Shown: one piece after another, positions 11,078 through 19,050 of the stretch
Layout: every line of letters starts with the position of its first letter
Position numbering within the stretch: position 1 is the first letter of the stretch
DNA from: an uncultured Candidatus Peribacteria bacterium
GTDB taxonomy: Bacteria > Patescibacteriota > Gracilibacteria > RBG-16-42-10
Length of the DNA: 64,000 nucleotides
Direction of reading: 5' to 3'
Assembly (NCBI GenBank): GCA_964506115.1
Contig: CAZDKI010000004.1
Location: 13,280-77,279 of the forward strand
The notes under the pieces: generated by a model
Seen by the model: only the letters and a program-made list of their open reading frames with translations
Databases searched by the model: none
Told to the model about the DNA's origin: nothing
Made by a program: the position numbers and the translations under genes

Positions 11078-12088
11078 TTAATTCCGCCACAACTTTTGAG
11101 CCAAAGCCTTATACGCTTTGGCTTTTTCGGTATGTTTGAGATCGATCTCGATAGCTCGCCAGACGGCTTTGCCATGACGCATTTGTAGTTTGGATTCTAC
11201 TTCTAACTGATCAGAGATATCATGGGCGGCACGGAGAATAGTGTTGGAGCCTATTTCGCTTTCATAAGGATCTCCAATTAAGCATGCGCGCTTTAATGCA
11301 GCAGTCCACATGATCGCTTTAATCAAGCTGCTTTTATCTTCAAAAGGATCAAATTCCTTGGATAATAGGTACTTGAGTAAACCTGGAGACTGATACAGTG
11401 CGTGTTTGATGATTTCCGCTAATCCCAATGTGACTTCATGATCTAAGCATTTTGCCAAGAAGCGGGAATCGATAATGATATGATTGGGTTCATAATAGCT
11501 GCGATAGAAATGGCGTTCGTATTGAGCGTCTTTCACTCTATGGATGCGTACTTTGCCGCCTATGCTCGTATCAGACATGCTAAGAGCTGTGGTGGGAACA
11601 TAGGTAGCGTCACAGTCCCATTGTTCGGCAATATAACCTACTGCATAGAGCAGAGAGCCACCGCCAACGGCAGTGATATGAGACCCTTTCATCGCTTGAA
11701 TATGCTGCAATGAAGAGCTTAGGCTTTTGATTTCTTCAAATTCAATTTCATGAGCTTTGAGCAAGATTAAGGCCGCATTTTTATTGATCAACTTCTTGAT
11801 CCATGGTAATTGGGAGACTTTATGATCCATGAAAATCAGGCTGCTATGATTGAAGTCTTGAGCTGTCAGTCGACGACAAACAAATGAATAATTGGGAATA
11901 CTGGACGCTCGGGGATGAAAAGAGGGAATAGGAAAAATCAGCTTCTGGTGAGCTGCTTGTGCATTAGAGAGACCTTGATATGTCTGATCTACTTTCGCTG
12001 TCTCCGCTAGTATTTGGCCCAACAAATTAGGGGTCATGGAGGCTCTGTTTACCATTTCTGAGTATAGCGGGGTTCTTGATAAACACAA
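11078..12088 (-). CDS. 3-dehydroquinate synthase-like protein (sugar phosphate cyclase superfamily)
   Basis: AVGGGSLLYAVGYIA ... VPTTALSMSDTSIGGKVRI ... GLAEIIKHAL ... HGKAV matches the DHQS-fold nucleotide- and metal-binding motif order. The exact start is uncertain. Confidence 0.65.
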   Translation of the reverse strand: MCLSRTPLYSEMVNRASMTPNLLGQILAETAKVDQTYQGLSNAQAAHQKLIFPIPSFHPRASSIPNYSFVCRRLTAQDFNHSSLIFMDHKVSQLPWIKKLINKNAALILLKAHEIEFEEIKSLSSSLQHIQAMKGSHITAVGGGSLLYAVGYIAEQWDCDATYVPTTALSMSDTSIGGKVRIHRVKDAQYERHFYRSYYEPNHIIIDSRFLAKCLDHEVTLGLAEIIKHALYQSPGLLKYLLSKEFDPFEDKSSLIKAIMWTAALKRACLIGDPYESEIGSNTILRAAHDISDQLEVESKLQMRHGKAVWRAIEIDLKHTEKAKAYKALAQKLWRN

Positions 12089-12230
12089 TTCTCGCTAGGG
12101 TCTTAGCAGCAAATCGTCTTTGCTTTAATCGTTAATATGTCTTAATCTTTTTTAAGCCTTGATACCTGAGTTGATGGAGGCTGACTCTTTGTTTGTGAAC
12201 TCTTCTCAAAGGGACCCCTTTGGAGCAATT

Positions 12231-12253
12231 CTCTACTTTCAACTCTCAACTTG
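12231..12253 (-). repeat. GTTGA(A/G)A heptad word array overlapping the HD-gene stop codon
   Basis: The minus strand reads caaGTTGAGAGTTGAAAGTAGAG. The last codons Q-V-E-S and the TGA stop of the HD gene lie inside it. Confidence 0.5.
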
Positions 12254-12874
12254 TCTTGCTGTTTTTATAAGTGTTTCAACCTCACTTTCATCTAAACACT
12301 CTACAATATTGTTCCAGAGTTGTAGATTGGTTTTTGCCCAAGCTAAATACTTTTTGTTGGCTATTTCACTGTAAAAATAAAAGCCACTGTCCATGATTCT
12401 TTGTTGCTTGGCTACGATGCGAGTGGCTAGAGTTTTGATATCGGATTGCTTTTCTTGGATGTAGCGACTGGTGAAAAGAAGGGGAGTAATTGGAAGTGAT
12501 TTGAATAGAGTATCGGCATCACTTAATGCCTTTGATTCTGGAGAGATAGTTGTTGTTCTTTGATCGATCCCAGCATTAATTACTATGTCTTCAATCATAC
12601 TAATTTCTGCAGCTGTGTAGCCGGCTTTTGTTAGGCACTCTTTTCTTAAATCAGCACCATCTTCAGTCTCTGAATTAGGATCAATTATGTGGTTGAGATC
12701 ATGCACTAAAGCAGCTGATTCTACTAAAAACCGATCGGCGCCCAACTCATCAGTAAATTCACTACATTTCTGAAAAACGAACTGAATATGATGCCATCCA
12801 TGAAAAAGTAAATTTTGTCCTTTTTCTTGATAAAGTTTCTCAATTACCGCCTTTAATACCAATAATTTCTCCAT
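12239..12874 (-). CDS. HD domain-containing phosphohydrolase
   Basis: HGWHH ... ALVHDLNH matches the H...HD metal-binding motifs. Confidence 0.7.
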   Translation of the reverse strand: MEKLLVLKAVIEKLYQEKGQNLLFHGWHHIQFVFQKCSEFTDELGADRFLVESAALVHDLNHIIDPNSETEDGADLRKECLTKAGYTAAEISMIEDIVINAGIDQRTTTISPESKALSDADTLFKSLPITPLLFTSRYIQEKQSDIKTLATRIVAKQQRIMDSGFYFYSEIANKKYLAWAKTNLQLWNNIVECLDESEVETLIKTARQVES

Positions 12875-12928
12875 ACGTAATAACTTATTGCTTCTACCTT
12901 ACTCTACTGGTCTCATTTCCTTCAACAT

Positions 12929-12957
12929 CTTTGATCTTTGCTCTCTGCTCTTTGAAC
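12929..12957 (+). repeat. CTTTGATCTTTGCTC / CTCTCTGCTCTTTGA word pair upstream of umuD
   Basis: The 15-mer ctttgatctttgctc (12929-12943) recurs reverse-complemented at 34610-34624. The 15-mer ctctctgctctttga (12941-12955) recurs at 34699-34713. Confidence 0.6.
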
Positions 12958-13028
12958 TAACTTAGGGTTGCTCACCTAGCCAAAAATTTAACTCTCTATT
13001 ATTCTTAAGGTGTATTTATACTCACCTC

Positions 13029-13412
13029 ATGAAAATTCCTTTTTTAAACAAAGTAGTTATGGCGGGATTCCCTAGTCCTGCTGCGGATTATCTGGAAAAA
13101 CCAATCAACCTTCATCAGTATTTGATTACTAATGAGCCTGCGACCTTTATGGCCAGAGTTGCTGGTGAATCGATGAAAGGAGCTGGGATATTTGCAGGCG
13201 ATATTGTCGTTATCGATCGGTCTTTAACGCCCATTTCTGGTCAAGTGATTGTTGCTATTCTTGATGGAGGATTAGTGGTGAAACAATGGATCGTCGAAGG
13301 AGAAAAGAAGTTTCTGCGCTCTGCAAATACGGATTATCCTGATGTAGTAATTACTGAGAGTAGTGACTTTTTGGTATGGGGAGTGGTCTCAGCTGTTGTG
13401 CGTAAGCTATGA
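13029..13412 (+). CDS. umuD: translesion polymerase V autoproteolytic subunit UmuD-like (S24 peptidase)
   Basis: GESMKGAGIFAGDIVVIDRS serine motif and VVKQW lysine (Ser-Lys dyad). 127 aa. ATGA overlap with the Y-family polymerase gene. Confidence 0.8.
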   Translation: MKIPFLNKVVMAGFPSPAADYLEKPINLHQYLITNEPATFMARVAGESMKGAGIFAGDIVVIDRSLTPISGQVIVAILDGGLVVKQWIVEGEKKFLRSANTDYPDVVITESSDFLVWGVVSAVVRKL

Positions 13413-14692
13413 AAACCAAGATAGTCGCTTTAGTCGACTGCAATAACTTTTATGCTTCGTGTGAAAAGGTTTTTGATCCAACTATTCTTCATACCCCTGT
13501 AGTGATTCTCTCCAACAATGATGGCTGTGTGATTGCTCGCAGTGGTGAAGCGAAAAAGATGGGGATACCGATGGGAGCACCTTATTTCAAAATTGTAGAG
13601 AGTTTGAAGCAATCGCATGTAGCTGTGCGCTCTTCTAATTATCCCTTGTATGGAGATATGTCGGAGCGGGTGATGCAGGTGTTGGAAAAGTTCTCTCCTG
13701 ATGTGGAACGGTACTCTATTGATGAAGCGTTTGTGGGACTGGATCATGTGCCTATAGATGAACTGAATACATATTGTTGTGAGATCAAAAGAGTAGTGCA
13801 ACAGTGGACGGGGATTCCTGTGTCTGTGGGTATTGCTACTACCAAAACGTTGGCTAAGATTGCTAATCATGTAGCTAAGAAACAAGAACAATACCTTGGT
13901 TGTTGTAGCTTCATTGATTGGAGCACTGCTCAGCTTGATCAATTTTTGCAACAGCTACCAGTAAAAGAAGTGTGGGGCATTGGGTATAGCTTGGCTAAGC
14001 TTTTGGAGAAAAATGATATTTCGTCTGCTTATGATTTGAAAAAGACCACTCCATCGTTGGCCCGTAAATTGGTTTCTGTTTTGGGCGAACGGATAGTGTT
14101 GGAACTAAACGGTATCTCGTGTCTGGCTTTGGATGTGATGTGGAAACCTCGTAAGGGAATCATGTATACGCGAGGCTTTGGTCGGGATATTACTTCATTG
14201 GGTGAAATGGAAGAAGCAATTGCTACCTATACTTTGCGAGCATGGCAAAAGCTTGCCAGACAATCATCTCAAATTAGTGGCTTGAGTGTGGCTATTCGTA
14301 GCAATCGTTTCAGTGAAAAAAATGCTTATCGGGCTTTTAGCAAAAATATTTCATTTCCGGCTACGGGGGACATTCGGCTACTGACTAAGCATGCTTTAGC
14401 AGCAATGCGTTCGATATTCCAACTAGGTATTGCTTATCACAAAGCAGGTGTGTTCTTTTATGGTATTGAATCTACTACTGATACTCAAATGTCATTCTTT
14501 GATGAGCCGGAACTGGTGAAGCAAAAATACGACAAGCTTAATCAAGCACTGACTAATATCAATCAGAAGTTTGGTACAGAAAAACTTCACTTTGCCATTC
14601 AAGGCAGCAAGCAGGCATGGAATATGCGGCAAGATTATAAGTCTAAAAGCTTTACGACGAAGATTGAGGAGCTGATGACTGTAAATTGTTGA
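13409..14692 (+). CDS. umuC: Y-family DNA polymerase (UmuC-like)
   Basis: N-terminal ALVDCNNFYASCEKVFDP, SIDEAF and the VGIATTKTLAKIAN motif. Translationally coupled to the umuD-like gene. Confidence 0.85.
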   Translation: MKTKIVALVDCNNFYASCEKVFDPTILHTPVVILSNNDGCVIARSGEAKKMGIPMGAPYFKIVESLKQSHVAVRSSNYPLYGDMSERVMQVLEKFSPDVERYSIDEAFVGLDHVPIDELNTYCCEIKRVVQQWTGIPVSVGIATTKTLAKIANHVAKKQEQYLGCCSFIDWSTAQLDQFLQQLPVKEVWGIGYSLAKLLEKNDISSAYDLKKTTPSLARKLVSVLGERIVLELNGISCLALDVMWKPRKGIMYTRGFGRDITSLGEMEEAIATYTLRAWQKLARQSSQISGLSVAIRSNRFSEKNAYRAFSKNISFPATGDIRLLTKHALAAMRSIFQLGIAYHKAGVFFYGIESTTDTQMSFFDEPELVKQKYDKLNQALTNINQKFGTEKLHFAIQGSKQAWNMRQDYKSKSFTTKIEELMTVNC

Positions 14693-14746
14693 TTGATAAT
14701 TTTAAAATCTAAATTAATCACGAGAGCTCTTGGACTAAATGAAACG

Positions 14747-14848
14747 GGATCCTTCGCCGCCGCTACGCTTTACTCAGGATGAATTATGAGCCTCAACGCC
14801 TGAGGCTTGAGTTGCTTGATAATTCATCCTGAGCGTAGTCGAAGGATC
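14747..14848. terminator. inverted pair of GGATCCTTCG...CTCAGGATGAATT modules (long hairpin between convergent genes)
   Basis: The left arm ggatccttcgccgccgctacgctttactcaggatgaatt and right arm aattcatcctgagcgtagtcgaaggatc are complementary apart from indels. A central gcctca-acgcc-tgaggc hairpin lies between them. The element sits between the umuC stop and the convergent gene's stop. Confidence 0.7.
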
Positions 14849-14858
14849 TGGTCTACAC

Positions 14859-15275
14859 TTAGTTTGATATTTTCGTTAAATCTTCATGAATGATAATTGG
14901 CTTCACTGATTCTATCTCTGTTTTATAGTAAGCAATCTCCGGAATATCATTCCATAAGTAGACTTTTTGTTTCAGTACATGAGCGAATCCGATCTCGATC
15001 AAAGTGTTGCCACCGATGTAATTTTTGATGCCGTTTTTGTCTAAATTCAAAACTAATACTGCATCACCACCTTGCATCAAATTCCAAAACTCGGTTAGGG
15101 GATCAGCATAGGTTTTTTGCTCAATTTTCACTGTCTCTTTTTCTTGATCAGTTTTACCCACAAAGTGGGGAGCAAAGGAGGTGACATACGCTTGATGTCC
15201 TAAAACTTGCAGTTGATCTCGCACTACTAACATTGCTTCGGTATATTGCATGCTACCGATTACCCCTATCCGCAT
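14859..15275 (-). CDS. nucleoside 2-deoxyribosyltransferase-like protein
   Basis: N-terminal MRIGVIGS Rossmann-like start and IGGNTLIEIGFAHVLKQKVYL, which resembles the GT..E.G.A..lgKpv motif with a catalytic Glu. Confidence 0.55.
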   Translation of the reverse strand: MRIGVIGSMQYTEAMLVVRDQLQVLGHQAYVTSFAPHFVGKTDQEKETVKIEQKTYADPLTEFWNLMQGGDAVLVLNLDKNGIKNYIGGNTLIEIGFAHVLKQKVYLWNDIPEIAYYKTEIESVKPIIIHEDLTKISN

Positions 15276-15364
15276 AAAGAGTACTTAAGTGAATATAACT
15301 TAACTCAGAAGAGCTAGAATTTAAACCCAGCTTTGTTTATAGTAAATCCTCGTTTTATTTTGTT

Positions 15365-15913
15365 ATGGAAACTCCTCCAAGTGTCGTCATTATCGGTAGC
15401 TTCAGGAAAGATTTAGCTGAAATCGGTATCGTTGCTCAACATATGAGAGCACAGGGGATAGATGTGCGTTCACCTCGAAGTCATGAAGGAATAGATCCAA
15501 GTGCAGAATTTGTGATTTTGCGTAGTGATTCTCCTACTGCATCACCAAGAACCCAGCAACGGAATGTACTCTCTATGATTCCAACAGCTTCGTTAGTGTA
15601 TCTCGTTAATCCTAATGGACATGTGGGGATGAGTGCTGCTGCTGAGGTTAGCTTCTCAGCATTAGTTGGGGCTCGGGTACTGTTACATCGTATGGTCAGC
15701 GGGTTTGGTGCTGACGTACCTGCAGTGTTTCGGGAACTTGTTCAGCAGGCACCTTATCAAAATCAATTAAGTTCTCCACGTTTTGCTGATCTGGTAGCAC
15801 TAGCCAGCAAACATACGTGGGATTTAACCGAAGCACACAAGGAAGTAGTCAGAGCTGAGATTGCCAGTTGGATGCAATCTTTGTCGGATGTTAAGCCTTG
15901 TATAGATCGTTAA
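15365..15913 (+). CDS. nucleoside 2-deoxyribosyltransferase-like protein (diverged)
   Basis: VVIIGSFRKD start and GHVGMSAAAEVSFSALVGARVLL resemble the same motif pattern. Composition differs from its divergent neighbour. Confidence 0.45.
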   Translation: METPPSVVIIGSFRKDLAEIGIVAQHMRAQGIDVRSPRSHEGIDPSAEFVILRSDSPTASPRTQQRNVLSMIPTASLVYLVNPNGHVGMSAAAEVSFSALVGARVLLHRMVSGFGADVPAVFRELVQQAPYQNQLSSPRFADLVALASKHTWDLTEAHKEVVRAEIASWMQSLSDVKPCIDR

Positions 15914-17537
15914 CTAGTTCGTCATCGCCGGGAGATTTGTCGTTGGCATAGAAACGATCTCCTGTGAGATCCATATATAAGTTCACACCAGTTGCTACGG
16001 TACCGTACATACCTGCCCAACCACTGGAGGCATTACACCAGAAAAAGTTTGGAAATGGTGTTTTGGCTTTGAGACGAGTACCAGATACTTGTTCTGGTGT
16101 CATATTTGAGCCATAGGCATTACCTACTGGGGCGAGGACGAAGTCTTCGTTGGTAGTAGAGGTGCCGATGCTTTGAACTACAATATGTTTACGGAGATTA
16201 GGAATATATTTTTCTTCGACGATTTGTAGCATGCGATCTGCTACTTTTAATTTAAGTTTAGTGTACTCAGCATAGCTTTTGTCCTTGGCATCTTTGAACG
16301 GTTGATATTCAGTATAAGCAGCGATTTCTAAAATCTGATGTTGCGGACTTGGAGTGGTTCCACCCTCTGGTGTATGGAGCGTCGGAGTAGATAAGAATAT
16401 CCAAGGCTTAGTAAAGTTTACTTGAGCCATCTCACGCCACATTTGATTCATGTCCCATTGCTCCAAATGCCAAATATTGAAAGAGCCAAATCCATGATCT
16501 CTGAGATCGATATCTTTCAAACCTAAATAAATCATCACGCCAGCTTGGGAATATTCGTAGTCTAACTTTTTCTGTTCTGCTTTAGGGAAGTATTGTTTGC
16601 CAATTACTTCAGACATTTTCTTTGGATCTGCATTACAAATAAAATTCTTCGCAGTAAATGTTTTCCCATTGGTAGTCTCCACACTAATGATTTTGCCTTC
16701 AGCTACGTTGATTTTGCTGACGGGAGTCTCGTAATAAATATGACAGCCTTCATGATCAGTAATAAATTGGGCGAGGCGGCGAATGTAATATTTGAAATGT
16801 TTTGTAGGATAATAGGCACCAGTATTGTAGCCACCGAAGAGGCTTAAATAACAAAAAAGTGACAATCGTTCTGGCGGTAGCATGAAGTCACCAGCATTAG
16901 CACAGAGCACAGCTTGCGCTTCTTTGCTTAATCCCACTTCATTATAGAGATCTTGCAAACTAGCCATGCGGTACTTGATCACATAAGGAAATTTGTATGC
17001 CTGTAAATAATCTTTCCATACGAGTGGACGATCAGGAAAATAACGGAATTCTTCGCGTAGCTTTTTGATGACATGAATGAATTTTTCCATCGGTTCCTGC
17101 TGATCAGGATAGGCAGCTACTACATTAGCAATCAGTCTGTCCCAACCATAAGGAATCTTTACTCGTTTACCATCAGGCATAGCCATATGGTCGTAGCCGT
17201 CTTTCTCAAAAAGCTCGAAAGTAATGTCTTTTTCTAAACCAATGCGCTTAAGAAACTCATAAATTTTTCCTCCTGGTGCACAACCCCATATGTAATGGAC
17301 CTGAGCGCAAAATTCATAGTCGCCCATCTTGAAAGTATGACAATAACCACCAGGCACATCATGAGCCTCCAACATACACACTTTATAACCCGCATTAGCT
17401 AAAAGTGATCCTGTAGTTAAAGCAGAGCTACCGGTACCAATAATCACATAATCGTATTGATGATTCTGGGCGTAAGTTTGATCCTGCTTGGCATGTTGTT
17501 CAGGAGTAAGCTCACCAGTACTGGATTTTTTGGCCAT
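15891..17537 (-). CDS. NAD(P)/FAD-dependent oxidoreductase, phytoene desaturase (CrtI)-like
   Basis: Dinucleotide-binding motif YDYVIIGTGSSALTTGSLLANAGYKVCMLEAHDVPGG. Size of 548 aa is typical of the family. Confidence 0.7.
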   Translation of the reverse strand: MAKKSSTGELTPEQHAKQDQTYAQNHQYDYVIIGTGSSALTTGSLLANAGYKVCMLEAHDVPGGYCHTFKMGDYEFCAQVHYIWGCAPGGKIYEFLKRIGLEKDITFELFEKDGYDHMAMPDGKRVKIPYGWDRLIANVVAAYPDQQEPMEKFIHVIKKLREEFRYFPDRPLVWKDYLQAYKFPYVIKYRMASLQDLYNEVGLSKEAQAVLCANAGDFMLPPERLSLFCYLSLFGGYNTGAYYPTKHFKYYIRRLAQFITDHEGCHIYYETPVSKINVAEGKIISVETTNGKTFTAKNFICNADPKKMSEVIGKQYFPKAEQKKLDYEYSQAGVMIYLGLKDIDLRDHGFGSFNIWHLEQWDMNQMWREMAQVNFTKPWIFLSTPTLHTPEGGTTPSPQHQILEIAAYTEYQPFKDAKDKSYAEYTKLKLKVADRMLQIVEEKYIPNLRKHIVVQSIGTSTTNEDFVLAPVGNAYGSNMTPEQVSGTRLKAKTPFPNFFWCNASSGWAGMYGTVATGVNLYMDLTGDRFYANDKSPGDDELVNDLYKA

Positions 17538-17582
17538 AAAAATAGAAGAGGGGAAATCGGTTAGATAATAATATGATTACTT

Positions 17583-17734
17583 CGAATTGCCAATTGAGAA
17601 TTGCGAATGGCGAATTTTTAATGCAGTGGGCACAATTCAGAATGCACAATTGTTGCTCAGGTGTATCTAAGCGAGCCGCCACACTGGCGTAATGGAGTGC
17701 AACTTTCAACTCTCAACTTTCAATTTTCAACTTC
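17583..17734 (+). repeat. composite intergenic element (GCGAAT-type array ... TTCAAC-type array)
   Basis: cgaattgccaattgagaattgcgaatggcgaattttt (17583-17619), gcacaattcagaatgcacaattg (17630-17652) and aactttcaactctcaactttcaattttcaacttc (17701-17734). The end modules match the copies at 40028-40209 and 44503-44680. Confidence 0.6.
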
Positions 17735-19002
17735 TGTATCATTTGTTTCGCCGTTCTTTGTCCACCTCTCAAAGATCCTTCAGTCCATAATGAATTCATA
17801 TAGTCACCACAGAGGTAAATGTTGTTCTCTCCTTGGTGATTATTTAAGAAGTCCTTCACAGTTGTTAAATAGCCCGCGTAAAATTTAGGCATTGCTTCAG
17901 GCCACTTTTGGAGGTCGTGGTTTTGCAGCTGGTCAGTTTGTGTGAACCAAGGACAAAGCTTCAATAGTTCCGCTTTGACTTGGGTGAAGATTCCTTCATC
18001 GCTGAGATTCATGATACTTCGGGCATAATCTTCATGGAGCCAGGTACAAAGTAATGCTTCATTGTTTTGAGTGGTTTCTTCACCTTTCATAGCCTCGTTC
18101 ACATAGCCAGAAATCTTTTCGTTTTCTACAAATGGTACCCAAACAATGGCTAGTTCAGGTAGTAGATTTCGGGGAACCTTAAAAGCGATGCTGATAGAGG
18201 CTGCGTACTTTGCTTTACTCCAGAGTACTGATTGTGCGGAGGATGGATTGGTTACAATCTTTTGTGAAGTGGATGCCGTGGTTGCTAATACTACTCGATC
18301 AAACTTCTCACCATCCACCAAACAGTGATCTTGATTGGTCTGCACCTTGGTCACAGGATGATTGAGTTGTACATTGAGTCTTTCAGCAAAAGCATTAGGC
18401 AATGCTTGCATCCCGCCTTTGGTACGGTGGAGTTCCCAATTTTCAATATGGGTTTTGAGAGAGTGAATAATAGCAAATACTGTACCTTTACTGATTTCTT
18501 TAGCCCTGTGAAACTGGTAGGTGGTACAAAAACTATCTACTAAGTAGTCTGCTACAGCTTGGCCACAGGTTCTTTTCATATATTCGTAACCATCTTCATT
18601 ATCGTAAGCAGTGAAATTGCTTAAGTTAAAAAAGTCTTCATCTACTTTTGGTGTACGGAAGTATTGCATCGCCAGTCTCGCTTTTCCCCAAAAACCAGGA
18701 GCTTGGTCGTGAGAAATGATTTTTTTATCCTTTACGAGACCATATCCACGGAAGCGCATTTTTTCCCAACTTATACCAAATTCAGCACAGTATTTTTTCA
18801 TCTCAAAATACCATTCACAGAGATGATCAGCTCCTAAATCGAAGATATAATTGTTAGTTGAGCGGGAAGACATTCTTCCCCCTACTTGGCTGCCTTTCTC
18901 ATAGACTGTTACTTCGTGGCCAGCTTTTTGTAATTCGTATGCGCAAGTCAAACCAGCAATACCTGCACCAATTACGGCTATCTTTTTGGGGACGAACGAC
19001 AT
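17713..19002 (-). CDS. FAD-dependent oxidoreductase (amine oxidase / protoporphyrinogen oxidase-like)
   Basis: KIAVIGAGIAGLTCAYELQKAGHEVTVYEKGSQVGGR dinucleotide-binding motif. The C-terminal codons KLKIES and the stop are encoded by the heptad array. Confidence 0.7.
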   Translation of the reverse strand: MSFVPKKIAVIGAGIAGLTCAYELQKAGHEVTVYEKGSQVGGRMSSRSTNNYIFDLGADHLCEWYFEMKKYCAEFGISWEKMRFRGYGLVKDKKIISHDQAPGFWGKARLAMQYFRTPKVDEDFFNLSNFTAYDNEDGYEYMKRTCGQAVADYLVDSFCTTYQFHRAKEISKGTVFAIIHSLKTHIENWELHRTKGGMQALPNAFAERLNVQLNHPVTKVQTNQDHCLVDGEKFDRVVLATTASTSQKIVTNPSSAQSVLWSKAKYAASISIAFKVPRNLLPELAIVWVPFVENEKISGYVNEAMKGEETTQNNEALLCTWLHEDYARSIMNLSDEGIFTQVKAELLKLCPWFTQTDQLQNHDLQKWPEAMPKFYAGYLTTVKDFLNNHQGENNIYLCGDYMNSLWTEGSLRGGQRTAKQMIQKLKIES

Positions 19003-19050
19003 TGTTTTTAGCTAATTCATTTGAATAATATCTTGTGGATTAGCTAAAAG

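Noticed and set aside
12875-13028. LexA/SOS operator upstream of umuD.
   Set aside because: No CTGT-N8-ACAG or GAAC-N4-GTTC motif is present. The only palindrome-like element, gtatttatac, is weak and A/T-rich.
13409-13412. Alternative genetic code (UGA recoding, as in some candidate phyla).
   Set aside because: TGA functions as a stop codon at several well-supported gene ends, for example the umuD ATGA overlap and the TGA stops of the oxidoreductase and HD genes. All conserved proteins are intact under code 11.
13430-13951. 173-aa minus-strand ORF inside umuC.
   Set aside because: It is antisense to a gene with clear Y-family polymerase motifs. Its product is His/Arg/Ile-rich with no recognisable features.
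17512-17888. Small ORFs 17512-17709 (minus) and 17661-17888 (plus).
   Set aside because: Both are made of the composite repeat element or overlap the 3' end of the oxidoreductase gene. They show no coding-like features.
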